Part shown: positions 8,882 to 18,574 of the stretch, one piece after another | How the letters are laid out: each line of letters begins with the position of its first letter | Position numbering within the stretch: position 1 is the first letter of the stretch | Origin: a virus | Taxonomy: Duplodnaviria > Caudoviricetes | Direction: 5' to 3' (one strand) | Length of the DNA stretch: 64,000 bases | Virus record (IMG/VR): IMGVR_UViG_3300034121_001930 | Coordinates: 608 to 64,607 of that record | Notes under the pieces: model-generated | Told to the model about the DNA's origin: nothing | What the model saw: the letters and a program-made list of their open reading frames with translations, nothing else | Databases searched by the model: none | Program-made: the position numbers and the translations under genes

Positions 8882-11125
8882 TTAGCCGACCTGTGTGATG
8901 TTGACTTGCGCTGTCCACTTAATGTTTTTCGATGCTACCCCCGTGCCAACGATTTTGAGCGCGTCGTTGGGATCATCCGCTGTGATGGCGACGGTTGCTG
9001 CCAGCGTTCCCAACACATGATCCGTCCCAATGGTGTCGAGAGACGAAATCGTAACCGCTCCTGCGTTGTTGCCGATCAAGCCGCGTCTAGTGAATGTCTT
9101 AGCGTTAGCCGTTGCTGTTTCTCGCGCAACGACTGTGGCCGTGAACGACCATGTAGAGTTGGCAGGAATGTAGATGCGGTTGAGCACACCCTCTGCAGCT
9201 CCGCCCAATGTAAGTGTGGTTGGTGTGGCGTCGGTTGTCGCCGCTTTGGCTACTATGTCGATGATGCGGGAGAACAGCGAGCCGCCGTGGACTCTGGCGT
9301 AGCTGAGGGCATTGAAATCCGCATAGTAGCCGCTTATCTGGCAGTAAGCGCCGGAGTTGGAGCCGTTATTTCTACCGCTGATCGAGCAGTAGTTGCCAGT
9401 GTTGGAGTGGTTGTTGTAGCCGCTGATCGAGCAGTTGTTGCCGGAGTTGGAGTAGTTGCCATAGCCGCTGATCGAGCAGTAAGCGCCGGAGTTGGTGCGG
9501 TTGCTATAACCGCTAATTGAGCAGCCGTAGCCAGAATTGGTGTGGTTGCTGGAGCCGCTGATCGAGCAGTTGTTGCCGAAGTTGGAGTAGTTGTTTCCGC
9601 CGCTGATCTGGCAACGCGAGCCGGAGTTGGAGGTGTTGGATTCGCCGCTGATCTGGCAGTAGTCGCCGGAGTTGGAGTCGTTGGCGGAGCCGCTGATCTG
9701 GCAGTAGCTGCCGGAGTTGGAGCCGTTGAAGGAACCGCTGATTTGGCAGAGGTTGCCGGAGTTAGAAGAGTTGTTAAAGCCGCTGATCTGGCAGTAGTTG
9801 CCGGAGTTGGAGCCGTTGGAGGAGCCGCTGATCTGGCAGCAGTTGCCGAAGTTGAAGTTGTTGTTGAGGCCACTGATCTGGCAATGTGAGCCGGAGTTGG
9901 AGTAGTTGTCGCGACCGCTGATTAAACCGTAGTTGCCGGAGTTGGTGTGGTTGAAACGACCGCTAATTGAGCAGTTGGAGCCGGAGTTGGAGTAGTTAGC
10001 GCGCCCGCTAATCGAGCAGTTGGAGCCGGAGTTGGAATTGTTGTTGAAACCGCTGATTGAGCAGTAGCTACCAGTGTTGGAGAAGCTGCTGAAACCGCTG
10101 ATAAGGCTGTCAACGCCAGTGTTCGCACCACTAGCTGTCGGGTTAGACGTGCCTATGACTACAATTCCTCCGCCTTCGGCCTTAATCGTATCTATGGCGT
10201 GAACGTGGTCAGCGCGCGCATATTTTAGGGACGTGCCGACAGCGGCAGTTCCGATGGCGGCTGGTGTCGTAGTGGATACCTGCCCGATAACGTAGGCCGT
10301 GGTAGCAATCTGTGTCGTGTTCGTATCGACAGCCGCCGTAGTCGAAAGTGGTACACCTGTAAATGTCGGGCTGGATAGGTTAGACTTTAGATCGAGTGCC
10401 GCTGCTGTGACATAGTCGGTTCCCGCGACCGCCTGAGACACGACTGAGCCGTTGCCCTTGATGATGCCAGTAATGTTTGTTGTCGTCGATGTCGTGACAG
10501 AGTTCGGGCCAGTAGCTCCTTGGATTCCTTGAATTCCTTGAACTCCTTGAGTCCCTTGAGGTCCTTGAATTCCTTGTGGGCCTACTGCACCGACTGCACC
10601 AGAAAGATTTACGGACCATGAAGAATAAGTACCGCTGCCATCAGTATCTGTAACTACAGCGACCATTACACCCGTAGTTGGATTATAGGAATCAATCTCA
10701 GCGTGGATATGGTTGCCAATATCGTGAGAGATAAGAACGTTCTGGTTTGTGCTGTATGATAAACCAGTTCCGACAGTAATAGTAATCGTAGAACCAATTG
10801 CTGGTATAAGAAGATTTGTTGACGAAGTAGTCTGATACTTATCACCAGCTAACCCTTGAGGGCCTTGAATACCTTGAATGCCTTGAACTCCTTGCGAGCC
10901 AGTTGCGCCAGTATTTCCTTTTGGCAGAGTTAGACTCAGTACTTGCGAAGGGCTAGAGCCAGTAATGTTAGCCGCTGCTGGTACATTACTTTCGACAGTT
11001 GTTACTGTACCAATCGATAGAACATTAGATGGTCCAGCTGGACCAGCTGATCCGCTCAATGACAATTGAAGCTCAGTGCCTTCAACTACGGATAGCTTAT
11101 ACTTTGATGTTTCGTTAGAGGCCAT
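8882..11125 (-). CDS. Tail fibre/spike with collagen-like G-X-Y repeats and a 13-aa repeat solenoid
   Basis: GxQGxQ tracts and about 20 tandem NSGxxC(S/Q)ISGxxN repeats. Confidence 0.8.
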   Translation of the reverse strand: MASNETSKYKLSVVEGTELQLSLSGSAGPAGPSNVLSIGTVTTVESNVPAAANITGSSPSQVLSLTLPKGNTGATGSQGVQGIQGIQGPQGLAGDKYQTTSSTNLLIPAIGSTITITVGTGLSYSTNQNVLISHDIGNHIHAEIDSYNPTTGVMVAVVTDTDGSGTYSSWSVNLSGAVGAVGPQGIQGPQGTQGVQGIQGIQGATGPNSVTTSTTTNITGIIKGNGSVVSQAVAGTDYVTAAALDLKSNLSSPTFTGVPLSTTAAVDTNTTQIATTAYVIGQVSTTTPAAIGTAAVGTSLKYARADHVHAIDTIKAEGGGIVVIGTSNPTASGANTGVDSLISGFSSFSNTGSYCSISGFNNNSNSGSNCSISGRANYSNSGSNCSISGRFNHTNSGNYGLISGRDNYSNSGSHCQISGLNNNFNFGNCCQISGSSNGSNSGNYCQISGFNNSSNSGNLCQISGSFNGSNSGSYCQISGSANDSNSGDYCQISGESNTSNSGSRCQISGGNNYSNFGNNCSISGSSNHTNSGYGCSISGYSNRTNSGAYCSISGYGNYSNSGNNCSISGYNNHSNTGNYCSISGRNNGSNSGAYCQISGYYADFNALSYARVHGGSLFSRIIDIVAKAATTDATPTTLTLGGAAEGVLNRIYIPANSTWSFTATVVARETATANAKTFTRRGLIGNNAGAVTISSLDTIGTDHVLGTLAATVAITADDPNDALKIVGTGVASKNIKWTAQVNITQVG
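9325..10110. repeat. 39-bp coding tandem repeat (about 20 degenerate copies)
   Basis: Recurring CCGCTGATC(T/G)..GCAG...GCCGGAGTTGGAG with 39-nt period. Confidence 0.85.
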
Positions 11126-11457
11126 TACAAGTTACTGATGTTGGATATGGCAGATACACTACCATAGAGAAGTTTAGTTGTGGTGCCAGATTGGGTCCAA
11201 AAGAAGTCCCACTTGTACTTTCGAGTAGGGCTAATGAGCTTTGTTTGGGTATCCGTTAAGGCAAACTTGAGTGTGCCATCGCCCAAAGAAGTAATAGTAA
11301 AGGCGGCAATTAGCGGCCTCTTGTGTTCCTCGCGGATCTCCGCGACGAAGTTAGAACCGACGAAATTAACTGGATCGTCGAAAGCATCAAGGACTCGCAA
11401 CGTGAAGTTGAAGTCCTCGCCGCAAGAGATGGAGAGATCGTAGTTTGCTGCGCTCAC
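11125..11457 (-). CDS. Small virion structural protein (BppU-like adaptor), paralogue of 6954..7331
   Basis: GTG at 11457 aligns with the paralogue's start; the ORF-track TTG at 11493 is actually the -35 box. Confidence 0.6.
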   Translation of the reverse strand: MSAANYDLSISCGEDFNFTLRVLDAFDDPVNFVGSNFVAEIREEHKRPLIAAFTITSLGDGTLKFALTDTQTKLISPTRKYKWDFFWTQSGTTTKLLYGSVSAISNISNL

Positions 11458-11464
11458 GTGACGT

Positions 11465-11493
11465 ACTTTATTTTTTAATAAAGCTTTTGTCAA
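11465..11493 (-). promoter_or_regulatory. Sigma70-type promoter, near-leaderless
   Basis: TTGACA-17 nt-TAAAGT, then 7 nt to the GTG at 11457. Confidence 0.7.
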
Positions 11494-11515
11494 TCAATTA
11501 TTGCTATTTGCCGAG

Positions 11516-12085
11516 CTAAATGGTAGGCGAAACAGACAAATAATCAAGCAATGCGTTAGCGTAACACTCGGCTAGCTTGGTTTGGTTGACTGTATAAAAG
11601 TCCGTTTCGGATGTATTGGAACCGAAGAAAGGCTCAAGAATAACCGCTGGACAACGGGTAATACGCAGGAACAAGCTGCCTCTGTCCTCCTTGTCGGCGG
11701 ACTTGACGCCGCGTACACGAGCTTCTGGAAAGGATTCCTTAAAAGCGTGATTGAAACAGGACGCAAGACGCTGCCCCTTTGTGCTACGGAACCAGTGCAG
11801 CCACTCATGGCCCTGAGCAAACGGTCCGGCCGAGTTAAAGTGCAGCTCAACGGCCACGTTTACGCCAAGCCTTGCAAGGTGGTCCGACAACCAGCAGATG
11901 GCACTGGAGTAAGAACCACCCTCATATTTGTCAACAACATGTACTGTGTGTCCTTTTTTACGCAGTAGATCGGCGGTAAGGTGCCCAATTTTGCTATTGA
12001 AGGCGTGTTCGCTTACACCTTTTGTGTTAACAGCACCCTTGTCGCCGGAACGACTGTGTCCAATACAGATTCCGATGGTGCTCAT
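11516..12085 (-). CDS. Endolysin, N-acetylmuramoyl-L-alanine amidase (Amidase_3 type)
   Basis: Zn-binding and catalytic motifs: IGH, SE, ELHFNS, PAVILEPFF. Confidence 0.9.
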   Translation of the reverse strand: MSTIGICIGHSRSGDKGAVNTKGVSEHAFNSKIGHLTADLLRKKGHTVHVVDKYEGGSYSSAICWLSDHLARLGVNVAVELHFNSAGPFAQGHEWLHWFRSTKGQRLASCFNHAFKESFPEARVRGVKSADKEDRGSLFLRITRCPAVILEPFFGSNTSETDFYTVNQTKLAECYANALLDYLSVSPTI

Positions 12086-12126
12086 GTTTAGGATCTACGT
12101 TGTAGGTCGTGTTACACTTGACCTAT

Positions 12127-12303
12127 TTAGAATTTCTTAAGCAGTCGGAACAAGGAAAGCAATCCCACGACAATACCAATCGTCAGTGAGGTCATGCGCA
12201 AACCCCATTCCAGCTGCTCTTGAAACGAAGTAACGACCCCAAGAGCAGGGGCTACTGTACCAGCTACGCCGTGTAGAATATCCCTGCCTTGGTCTGTGGT
12301 CAT
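12127..12303 (-). CDS. Putative holin / small membrane protein (58 aa)
   Basis: MTTDQGRDILHGVAGTVAPALGVV...LTIGIVVGLLSLFRLLKKF; hydrophobic segments, basic C-terminus, next to the endolysin; below the ORF-track cutoff. Confidence 0.6.
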   Translation of the reverse strand: MTTDQGRDILHGVAGTVAPALGVVTSFQEQLEWGLRMTSLTIGIVVGLLSLFRLLKKF

Positions 12304-12455
12304 TACTTGTTGTCGCGAGCTTTAATGAGGCCGACTCCGGCGGTTACAGCGGCAAACGCAGCCATGAAATCAGGTGCGCCGCCCTTAAGGACTTGCACGC
12401 CGACATTAGCAAGCGTGGCAACAATAGTCAGGATACCCAATGCTGTGGTCTTCAT
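12303..12455 (-). CDS. Putative holin / small membrane protein (50 aa)
   Basis: MKTTALGILTIVATLANVGVQVLKGGAPDFMAAFAAVTAGVGLIKARDNK; two hydrophobic segments; TAATG overlap with the next gene. Confidence 0.6.
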   Translation of the reverse strand: MKTTALGILTIVATLANVGVQVLKGGAPDFMAAFAAVTAGVGLIKARDNK

Positions 12456-12459
12456 AGTG

Positions 12460-12744
12460 TTATTTAGGTTGTTGTTTTTTGTTCATGGCGTTTTCAATAG
12501 CGGCCATGAAAGAGTCTGGTGCCTGAGCGCCTTCAACTTCGGCTGTTGTTTCGACCTCGGCTTCGGGTTCGGCTTCGGGTTCGGCTTCGGTTTCAGGGAA
12601 CGGAATTCCGTCAACGGCAATAGGATAAAGTTGGCCTTCGCGGTTCTCGAACGTGGTTACAAGATCAAAGGTTCCAGTTTCTGGAATCTCAAGACCCTCT
12701 GGGATTGGCAGGTACATAGGCATGGTATTAGGAAAGGGTAGCAT
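12460..12744 (-). CDS. Acidic hypothetical protein
   Basis: ORF with EAEP repeats; the true start may be the internal Met near 12723. Confidence 0.55.
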   Translation of the reverse strand: MLPFPNTMPMYLPIPEGLEIPETGTFDLVTTFENREGQLYPIAVDGIPFPETEAEPEAEPEAEVETTAEVEGAQAPDSFMAAIENAMNKKQQPK

Positions 12745-12779
12745 CCTGCAGGGTTAAGGCTGCAGGATGCAGGTTGGGT

Positions 12780-13211
12780 TTAGTGGGTGCGATACCAGTT
12801 AGTTCCGTCGCTAAGGTAGCGAGCGGTAGTGGCAACAGCAATAACACTCGTGGCGGATGCGGAAGCAGACGCAGATGTGTAGATGTTCGTGGACGGGCTA
12901 GTGACGGTCACAGCACCAGCCGACGTGTTAGCGTTTTGGATAATGATGTCACGAAGAACGCCAGAAGCAGCAGGAATGGTTGCAGCAGTTGCAGCAGTCC
13001 GACCTGAGAAGATAGTAAGTCGGGTAGCAACTACGGCAGCATCGCCAGCAGCAAGAACAACATCCGAAGCACTAAGACCATTGATTTGGTTCAGAGAAAG
13101 CTTACGGACTTTAGACGAGCCAGTGGCGCTAGGGTCAAATACTGGAAACAAGTCGTCGCCTGTTACGGTAGTAACTGGAGCAAGAGTTGGGAGATCGTCA
13201 AGAGTAGGCAT
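12780..13211 (-). CDS. Putative head decoration / minor virion protein
   Basis: 143 aa, Ala/Thr-rich, ends SDGTNWY; immediately downstream of the capsid gene. Confidence 0.55.
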   Translation of the reverse strand: MPTLDDLPTLAPVTTVTGDDLFPVFDPSATGSSKVRKLSLNQINGLSASDVVLAAGDAAVVATRLTIFSGRTAATAATIPAASGVLRDIIIQNANTSAGAVTVTSPSTNIYTSASASASATSVIAVATTARYLSDGTNWYRTH

Positions 13212-13228
13212 GGTATTAAAGAGGAAGT

Positions 13229-13259
13229 GCTAGGGGTTCCCGTTGTGGGAACCCCTAGC
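13229..13259 (-). terminator. Stable hairpin after the capsid gene
   Basis: GCTAGGGGTTCCC-5 nt-GGGAACCCCTAGC perfect 13-bp stem; weak U-tract. Confidence 0.55.
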
Positions 13260-13266
13260 GGGTTAA

Positions 13267-14556
13267 TTAGGCAGCAGGAGTCGTGCTGTCGCGTTTGAAG
13301 ATGACCACGTGACCGAAGTTGGTCTTGATCGGCTTCGAGGCAGCAGCAAGGATACCGCGGAAGAAACCAATTGTACCGTCTGGGTTTGTGGTTTCGTTCG
13401 GGATATTGGTCCAGCGGAAGTCGCCCTTGTAGTTAACGGGGTTGAACTGGAGACCAGCAACACCGCTAATTGGTTCGGGGATCAACGCTTCCATAACCTC
13501 TTCGTGCAGCACGTACGCGGCCTCGAAAGAAGCGGAGTCGTAGGAGCTGTTGGGTTCAATAACACCGGTTGTGGTGTTGAGGGTGTACGGATTAACGCGG
13601 GTGTACGCGCCGCCACCAAATGTGTAGCGCGGAGCAAGGTCGTCAACCAAGTGGTAGAAGCCGCGGAAGGCTTTCTCGACACCAAGCGGAGCAATGAGAT
13701 CCGAAACCTTGGCGCTGTTGTAGCGCACGTCGTCACGGAAACCAGCTTCGGTTTGGAGCGCGTAGGAGGCTTCCGAGCTGAGCACGAGGCCGAACACGGG
13801 GCGACCGTTTTCGCGGCCGTAGGCTTTGACGCCAGCGCCAGCGCGAACGAGCTTGAAGTACACGCCGTCGAGGACCTTGTTACTGATGTTAGCAGCGGAA
13901 GCTGTCAGACCGGTAAGCGCGGTCGTGGCAACAGCCTTAGCCACACCAGTACCGGTGCCGGAGGCAGCGCAGTTGATGTAGAAGCCGCAGAGGCGGTCGT
14001 ACTCGTCGCGGTAACGCTCTTCCCAGCTAAAGCGGGTCGATTGCTTCAGGAGATCCATGATCGCACGAAGTTGCTCTTGGCGGTGAGCCGCGAAGCGAAG
14101 ATCTTCGATATTGATGCGAGGAGACTCGATGATAGCGCGCTGAAGCGAGTAGCTCTTGAGCTGACGAGTGAAGTCAACGAAGCCCTTACCGGTTTGAGGA
14201 CCGAGGACGTCTTTGACCGCAGGCGAGCCAAGGAAACCAGTGCGGGGACCAGACTCAGCGGTACCGAGAGCGGTCCACGAACCGAGACCAACTGCGGTAG
14301 CAGCTTCGTCGCCGGTCGAACCGTCGGAGTCAACGTCGCGGACGGGGAGGGCACGATCATAGATGATTGTGTTCAGCTGATAACCCATGTCGCTAGGGAA
14401 CGCCGACTTCTTAATGAGGTCGATCCACGGGCTCGTGTGCAGTGTTTCGGAATGGATATCGGAACCAATGCGGTTTGCTTCCTCGGTGAGGATGGTGTTG
14501 ATGACTGCGGTACCGGAACCACCTTGGGTCAGGGTACCAACGTTTGTAAATGCCAT
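13267..14556 (-). CDS. Major capsid protein
   Basis: 429 aa with strongly biased codon usage; portal-scaffold-capsid gene order; own promoter and downstream hairpin. Confidence 0.8.
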   Translation of the reverse strand: MAFTNVGTLTQGGSGTAVINTILTEEANRIGSDIHSETLHTSPWIDLIKKSAFPSDMGYQLNTIIYDRALPVRDVDSDGSTGDEAATAVGLGSWTALGTAESGPRTGFLGSPAVKDVLGPQTGKGFVDFTRQLKSYSLQRAIIESPRINIEDLRFAAHRQEQLRAIMDLLKQSTRFSWEERYRDEYDRLCGFYINCAASGTGTGVAKAVATTALTGLTASAANISNKVLDGVYFKLVRAGAGVKAYGRENGRPVFGLVLSSEASYALQTEAGFRDDVRYNSAKVSDLIAPLGVEKAFRGFYHLVDDLAPRYTFGGGAYTRVNPYTLNTTTGVIEPNSSYDSASFEAAYVLHEEVMEALIPEPISGVAGLQFNPVNYKGDFRWTNIPNETTNPDGTIGFFRGILAAASKPIKTNFGHVVIFKRDSTTPAA

Positions 14557-14698
14557 AAAAGTAGTAGTTTAGAGGTTGAGTTTAGCCACATTTAAGAACG
14601 ACTCTTTTCACCAAAAAACCCTGTATTAGCGCAGTATTTCAGACCTACTGGCAGGTCGATTAGGTTGCTTGGTTGAGCGGTACTCAATGTTCACGAAT

Positions 14699-14728
14699 AA
14701 TATATGCGCAAAACATACTCAGTGTCAA
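14699..14728 (-). promoter_or_regulatory. Sigma70-type promoter for the capsid gene
   Basis: TTGACA-18 nt-TATATT. Confidence 0.55.
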
Positions 14729-14731
14729 TAC

Positions 14732-14771
14732 AAAAACTTAGGGCTGTAAAAATTAATTTACAGCCCTAGTT
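14732..14771 (-). terminator. Rho-independent terminator after the scaffold gene
   Basis: TAGGGCTGTAAA.../...TTTACAGCCCTA stem followed by a T run on the minus strand. Confidence 0.65.
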
Positions 14772-14797
14772 TGCAATGAACACTACCAACAAAAATT

Positions 14798-15988
14798 TTA
14801 ACCGCCAAGAGCCGCGTTAATGGCGTCAAGGAAATTGCCAGACGACTTGGTTGACGTGTTTGCGTTTGAAGAACCGCCACCAATCTTGGGTTCGGCCTTT
14901 TTCAACGCCTCGAGCTCGTCGAGCGCTTCTTCGAGCTCGTTACGGAGGCTCGCGAACTCAACAGCCAGTTTCGGGAAAATATCTCCGGCCATTTTGCTGT
15001 ACACCTTGTTGTGCGTGTCGAGCACGTCAAAGTCTACTTCTCCGGCGCGCTTTGCAATATTGTCGAAGTCAAGACCCTCAATTGATTTCAGGAACGGAAC
15101 CTTACTGGCGAGCTTGCTTTGAACCTGCTCTGCGGCCTCTCTGCGAACCTGCAGTTGGGCCGCGAGTTGCTCTTGATGCTTTTGCTGGTCAAGATGCTCG
15201 AGCTCGGCGAGCGCCGCGGCTGCGTTGTCGGACAACTCTTGCTTGCGCGCTACAATGAGCGGGACCTGTTCGGCGAGAGCGTAAATGGCGAGCTTGTCGC
15301 GCTCCTTGACCCCCTGTAGTAGGTTGTCCAAGGCCTCGTCTTGTTTATCCCTGTCAGAATACGAGAGCACGTCAATGAGCTCGTCGCTATCAATTTCATA
15401 GCGCTTTGCGATCTGGTCTGCGGCCTCGACAAGCTGGACCATAGGAGCCTGAATTTGTTCTTGGTAAGCCGAGGTGGCCTCGAGCTTGGTGATCGCAAGG
15501 GCCTGCTCGTACTCGGCCAAGCGCTGCTGGAACTGCTCGGTGCTCTCGTTGGAAGCGGACAACTCTTGCAGACGAGACTCGCGCTCCTGAAGAGTTTGCC
15601 TAAGAGTCTGCAGCTCGGTGTTGGCGTTCTTTAGCTCTGACTTGAGCTGCTTAAAGCGTCGCCCGGCCTTGCCGACCAGCCCGTCTTCGTTGTCCTCGAG
15701 TACCGGAGTATCCGCGTTCTCGTCAATAGGAAGTGTGGGGCTGTCCGCTTTGGTGCTATCCTCGACCGCTGGCACAGAGTCCGCGGTAACGGGTTCTGTG
15801 TTCTGGCTACTGGAAACAGGAGTCTCCGGTGCCGGTGCGGTTTCTTCAGGAGCCGGGCTCTCTGCGGTGGTTTCCGCGGCGCTAAACGCCTGCTCGATTG
15901 CGCTAAAGAAGTCCCCCGTAGGCGCTGCTGGAGACTCTGCTGCTGGTGTTGCTGTTTGTTCGCTCATTGTGGTGTAACGTAGTCCCAT
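14798..15988 (-). CDS. Putative capsid scaffolding protein
   Basis: Acidic, coiled-coil protein with a disordered N-terminus, between portal and capsid; probable start MSEQT at 15967. Confidence 0.65.
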   Translation of the reverse strand: MGLRYTTMSEQTATPAAESPAAPTGDFFSAIEQAFSAAETTAESPAPEETAPAPETPVSSSQNTEPVTADSVPAVEDSTKADSPTLPIDENADTPVLEDNEDGLVGKAGRRFKQLKSELKNANTELQTLRQTLQERESRLQELSASNESTEQFQQRLAEYEQALAITKLEATSAYQEQIQAPMVQLVEAADQIAKRYEIDSDELIDVLSYSDRDKQDEALDNLLQGVKERDKLAIYALAEQVPLIVARKQELSDNAAAALAELEHLDQQKHQEQLAAQLQVRREAAEQVQSKLASKVPFLKSIEGLDFDNIAKRAGEVDFDVLDTHNKVYSKMAGDIFPKLAVEFASLRNELEEALDELEALKKAEPKIGGGSSNANTSTKSSGNFLDAINAALGG

Positions 15989-16299
15989 TCGGGAATTTCA
16001 ATTCGGTCCGCTGGCAAAACTGTTAGTTGTTGCAGGTGGTCCTCGAAATCATAAAAGCCTGAAATATACGCGTGACGAATAGCCAATGCGTTGTCCCCGG
16101 CCACAAGGTTTGATCCGGTGGGTTTGATCTGCTGGCGCAAGGTGGCGCAAGCAATACGGAACTGAGGATTGTCAAGCACTTGGCGCAGCTGCTCTACATT
16201 GGCGTGGTCAGCATACCATTTCTGGAGGCTGACCGGCAACGCTATGGACTTTGGCGCGCTCCGCTTTTTAGGAGCGGCGCTTACTTTCTTCGCTGGCAT
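15964..16299 (-). CDS. Hypothetical head-module protein
   Basis: 111-aa ORF between portal and scaffold. Confidence 0.6.
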   Translation of the reverse strand: MPAKKVSAAPKKRSAPKSIALPVSLQKWYADHANVEQLRQVLDNPQFRIACATLRQQIKPTGSNLVAGDNALAIRHAYISGFYDFEDHLQQLTVLPADRIEIPEWDYVTPQ

Positions 16300-16310
16300 A
16301 CTTTATTATT

Positions 16311-18536
16311 TTACTTCTGGTTTGAAATCTGCGCTGCCATTTTGGCGTCAGCCAGAGCTTGCTCTTGGCTGGCCTTTGCGGCTCGCATTTGCAAATCCAA
16401 TTCGCCTTTCTGGCGCAAAAAGTCAAGCTTCATTTGTTGTTCCATTACTTTTAGTTCGGCCGGGCTTGGGCCTTGCTCCGCTTGGGCCGGGGCTTGCTCG
16501 GCGTTGCGCTGCTCTTTTTGGGCTGCGCGGGTAGCGTTGAGGATTTTTTGTCCGGCCTGCTGAAGGACTTGCTGGGCTTGGCTGACGATGACCGCTGCCG
16601 AGGGGTTCTGGGCGAGCTGCTCAAGGTGGGCCGCGCAGTGCTCTGAGTAAGCTTGCAGAGCGGGTAGCGTTTGAACAAGGTCTGCTTGGCCCGCGTCAAC
16701 AGCTCCAGTGAGCTCGACCAGCTTTTGCAAATGAATGTTAAGGTGCGTTTCATGAAGTTCTCCGGGCTGGACTGACACGGGACTGCCGCTCTGCAGCACG
16801 CTGTTTTCGAGCTCCGCGACTTTGGCGTCTTGGGGCGGGCGGGGTTCTTCGGGGTTCTGGGCATATCTTGCTGCGTTTTCATATCCTACTCGGGCTGCGA
16901 TTCTGTCGTAAACAACGTTGCGCTTACCGACCTCGTCAAGTAAAGGCAAAAGTTGTTCAAGATCCATAAGGGCGGCGCTTCGGTTTGTGGCGTTGCCGCT
17001 TCCGACCGCGCGAGTGGCCACGGTCTTCTCAAAGTCAAGACTGCGAACGACCTCTGCGGGGACGCCCCGAGCTGCTGTTCGCCTGTAAAAATCGCGCACA
17101 GCAAGGTCGCTTTTGGGTCCGTTCACCAAGCGGCGAACGCACTCGCGCATGAGCCTGCGCCAGCTCGAGTAGAACTGATTAAGCTGGCTGCTAGTGAGCC
17201 GTGTTGCCTGCTCAAGCTCGGCTTGGATCTGGGTTTTGTTGCGGTAAGGGCCGCCGTTCAGAGCGCCGCGGTTACTGTAGAAGTCAAGGTTGTCGTTGAG
17301 CTGTTTGCTTAGGTTCTCCAAGGCCGGGCCGACCGTGGTTGCGGTGTTCGGGATTCCCTTCTCGATGACCTTAAAGTTCGGGGGCAAAACCGAGTACGGA
17401 CCATAAAAGGTCAGGCTAAGATCGTTAAGGGCCCGTGGCGTTTCGGGGCTCAACATAATGCTCGAACTAAGCATGCTGCTGTCTACCAGCTGGCACTGAA
17501 GTCTGTTGCTGGTTTGGATGTGATTATAGATTCGGTGTCCAAGCCCGCGAATGCTGTGGTACGTACCGTTAGTGCCTACGCCATAAGTGAACAAAAGAAA
17601 CGCCTGCTCCGGGTTCTGGAACCGGCTCGTGCGCTGCATAAGAAACGCCTTGGGGCTGTTCTCAGCAAACATAAAGTGGCTAACGGTTCCGTCGAACTCG
17701 CGGACCCACATGTTAACGACGTTGACCACGTTGGCGCGGATTCCGGTGTAGAGGTCGTTGTTCTTGAGCTCGCGTTGGATGTCTTCCCAGTCCGTGAACT
17801 GGCGCGGCATGTTCTGGGTGCTCGCGGTGGTAATGACGCGCTGGACCTCAGCGACGTCCCAGCCGCGGCTCGCGGCGACCTCTTGGTCTTGGATAAACTG
17901 GTAGAGCTCGTGGACCAAGTAAGAGCGGCGCGCAGCGGACACCTCAATGCTGTGCTCGCTCGCCTGAGTCTGGCGGGGCATAAGGAAGTCAGCAAGACCG
18001 CACGTGCGGAAGCGGAAGTCGCGCTCGTCCTCGAAATAAGTTACGCCGACCCCGTGCATAAGGAACTGGTTCGCAAGGCGCAGGTAGGCGCTATAAAAGT
18101 CCGGCCAGCTTCGCAGCACGCGCGTGACCTCTTCAGCGATTACGGTGTCGTTTCGCATGCGAGCGCCGGGCTCGCCAACAGTCGTCTCGACCTGAACGAG
18201 GTTTTCAACGCTGTCAATAAGGTCAACGTAGCCGCTGCTTGCCAAGTCCAAGAACCGACCAGCCTCGCCGAAATTAAGGTTGCACCGGCTCGCCTGATTA
18301 GTGCTTTTCAAGATAGCCGGGTCATATGGCGGCGCGCCGTCGAACATAGCCTGAATGCGGCTGCGGTTAATATTGGACTTTTCGTCCGCGCGGAGCAGCG
18401 CAGCAAAGATCCCCTGAGCAGCGTTTACGTCGGTAAGCCTGCTGCCTACCGGCGGCTTTCCTTGCTCGTCAAGGTTGAGCAGCTCGAGCTCGGTTAGACC
18501 GGTCTGGAACTGCGTGTTGCTTTTTTGAAATGGCAC
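16311..18536 (-). CDS. Portal protein
   Basis: 741 aa, helical, with a Gln/Ala-rich coiled-coil C-terminus typical of podovirus portals; first gene of the head module. Confidence 0.7.
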   Translation of the reverse strand: MPFQKSNTQFQTGLTELELLNLDEQGKPPVGSRLTDVNAAQGIFAALLRADEKSNINRSRIQAMFDGAPPYDPAILKSTNQASRCNLNFGEAGRFLDLASSGYVDLIDSVENLVQVETTVGEPGARMRNDTVIAEEVTRVLRSWPDFYSAYLRLANQFLMHGVGVTYFEDERDFRFRTCGLADFLMPRQTQASEHSIEVSAARRSYLVHELYQFIQDQEVAASRGWDVAEVQRVITTASTQNMPRQFTDWEDIQRELKNNDLYTGIRANVVNVVNMWVREFDGTVSHFMFAENSPKAFLMQRTSRFQNPEQAFLLFTYGVGTNGTYHSIRGLGHRIYNHIQTSNRLQCQLVDSSMLSSSIMLSPETPRALNDLSLTFYGPYSVLPPNFKVIEKGIPNTATTVGPALENLSKQLNDNLDFYSNRGALNGGPYRNKTQIQAELEQATRLTSSQLNQFYSSWRRLMRECVRRLVNGPKSDLAVRDFYRRTAARGVPAEVVRSLDFEKTVATRAVGSGNATNRSAALMDLEQLLPLLDEVGKRNVVYDRIAARVGYENAARYAQNPEEPRPPQDAKVAELENSVLQSGSPVSVQPGELHETHLNIHLQKLVELTGAVDAGQADLVQTLPALQAYSEHCAAHLEQLAQNPSAAVIVSQAQQVLQQAGQKILNATRAAQKEQRNAEQAPAQAEQGPSPAELKVMEQQMKLDFLRQKGELDLQMRAAKASQEQALADAKMAAQISNQK

Positions 18537-18574
18537 GGGACAAAAAATAAACTTTTTTACTAGGGAATGTCAAG

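Noticed and set aside
5917-10110. Fibre-gene repeats as diversity-generating retroelement template/variable pairs
   Set aside because: No reverse transcriptase in the window; both copies are in-frame coding repeats rather than a non-coding template plus a C-terminal variable region.
13309-14595. 428-aa plus-strand ORF opposite the capsid gene, and similar long antisense ORFs at 17514 and 30532
   Set aside because: Shadow frames produced by codon bias of the real minus-strand genes; no recognisable motifs.
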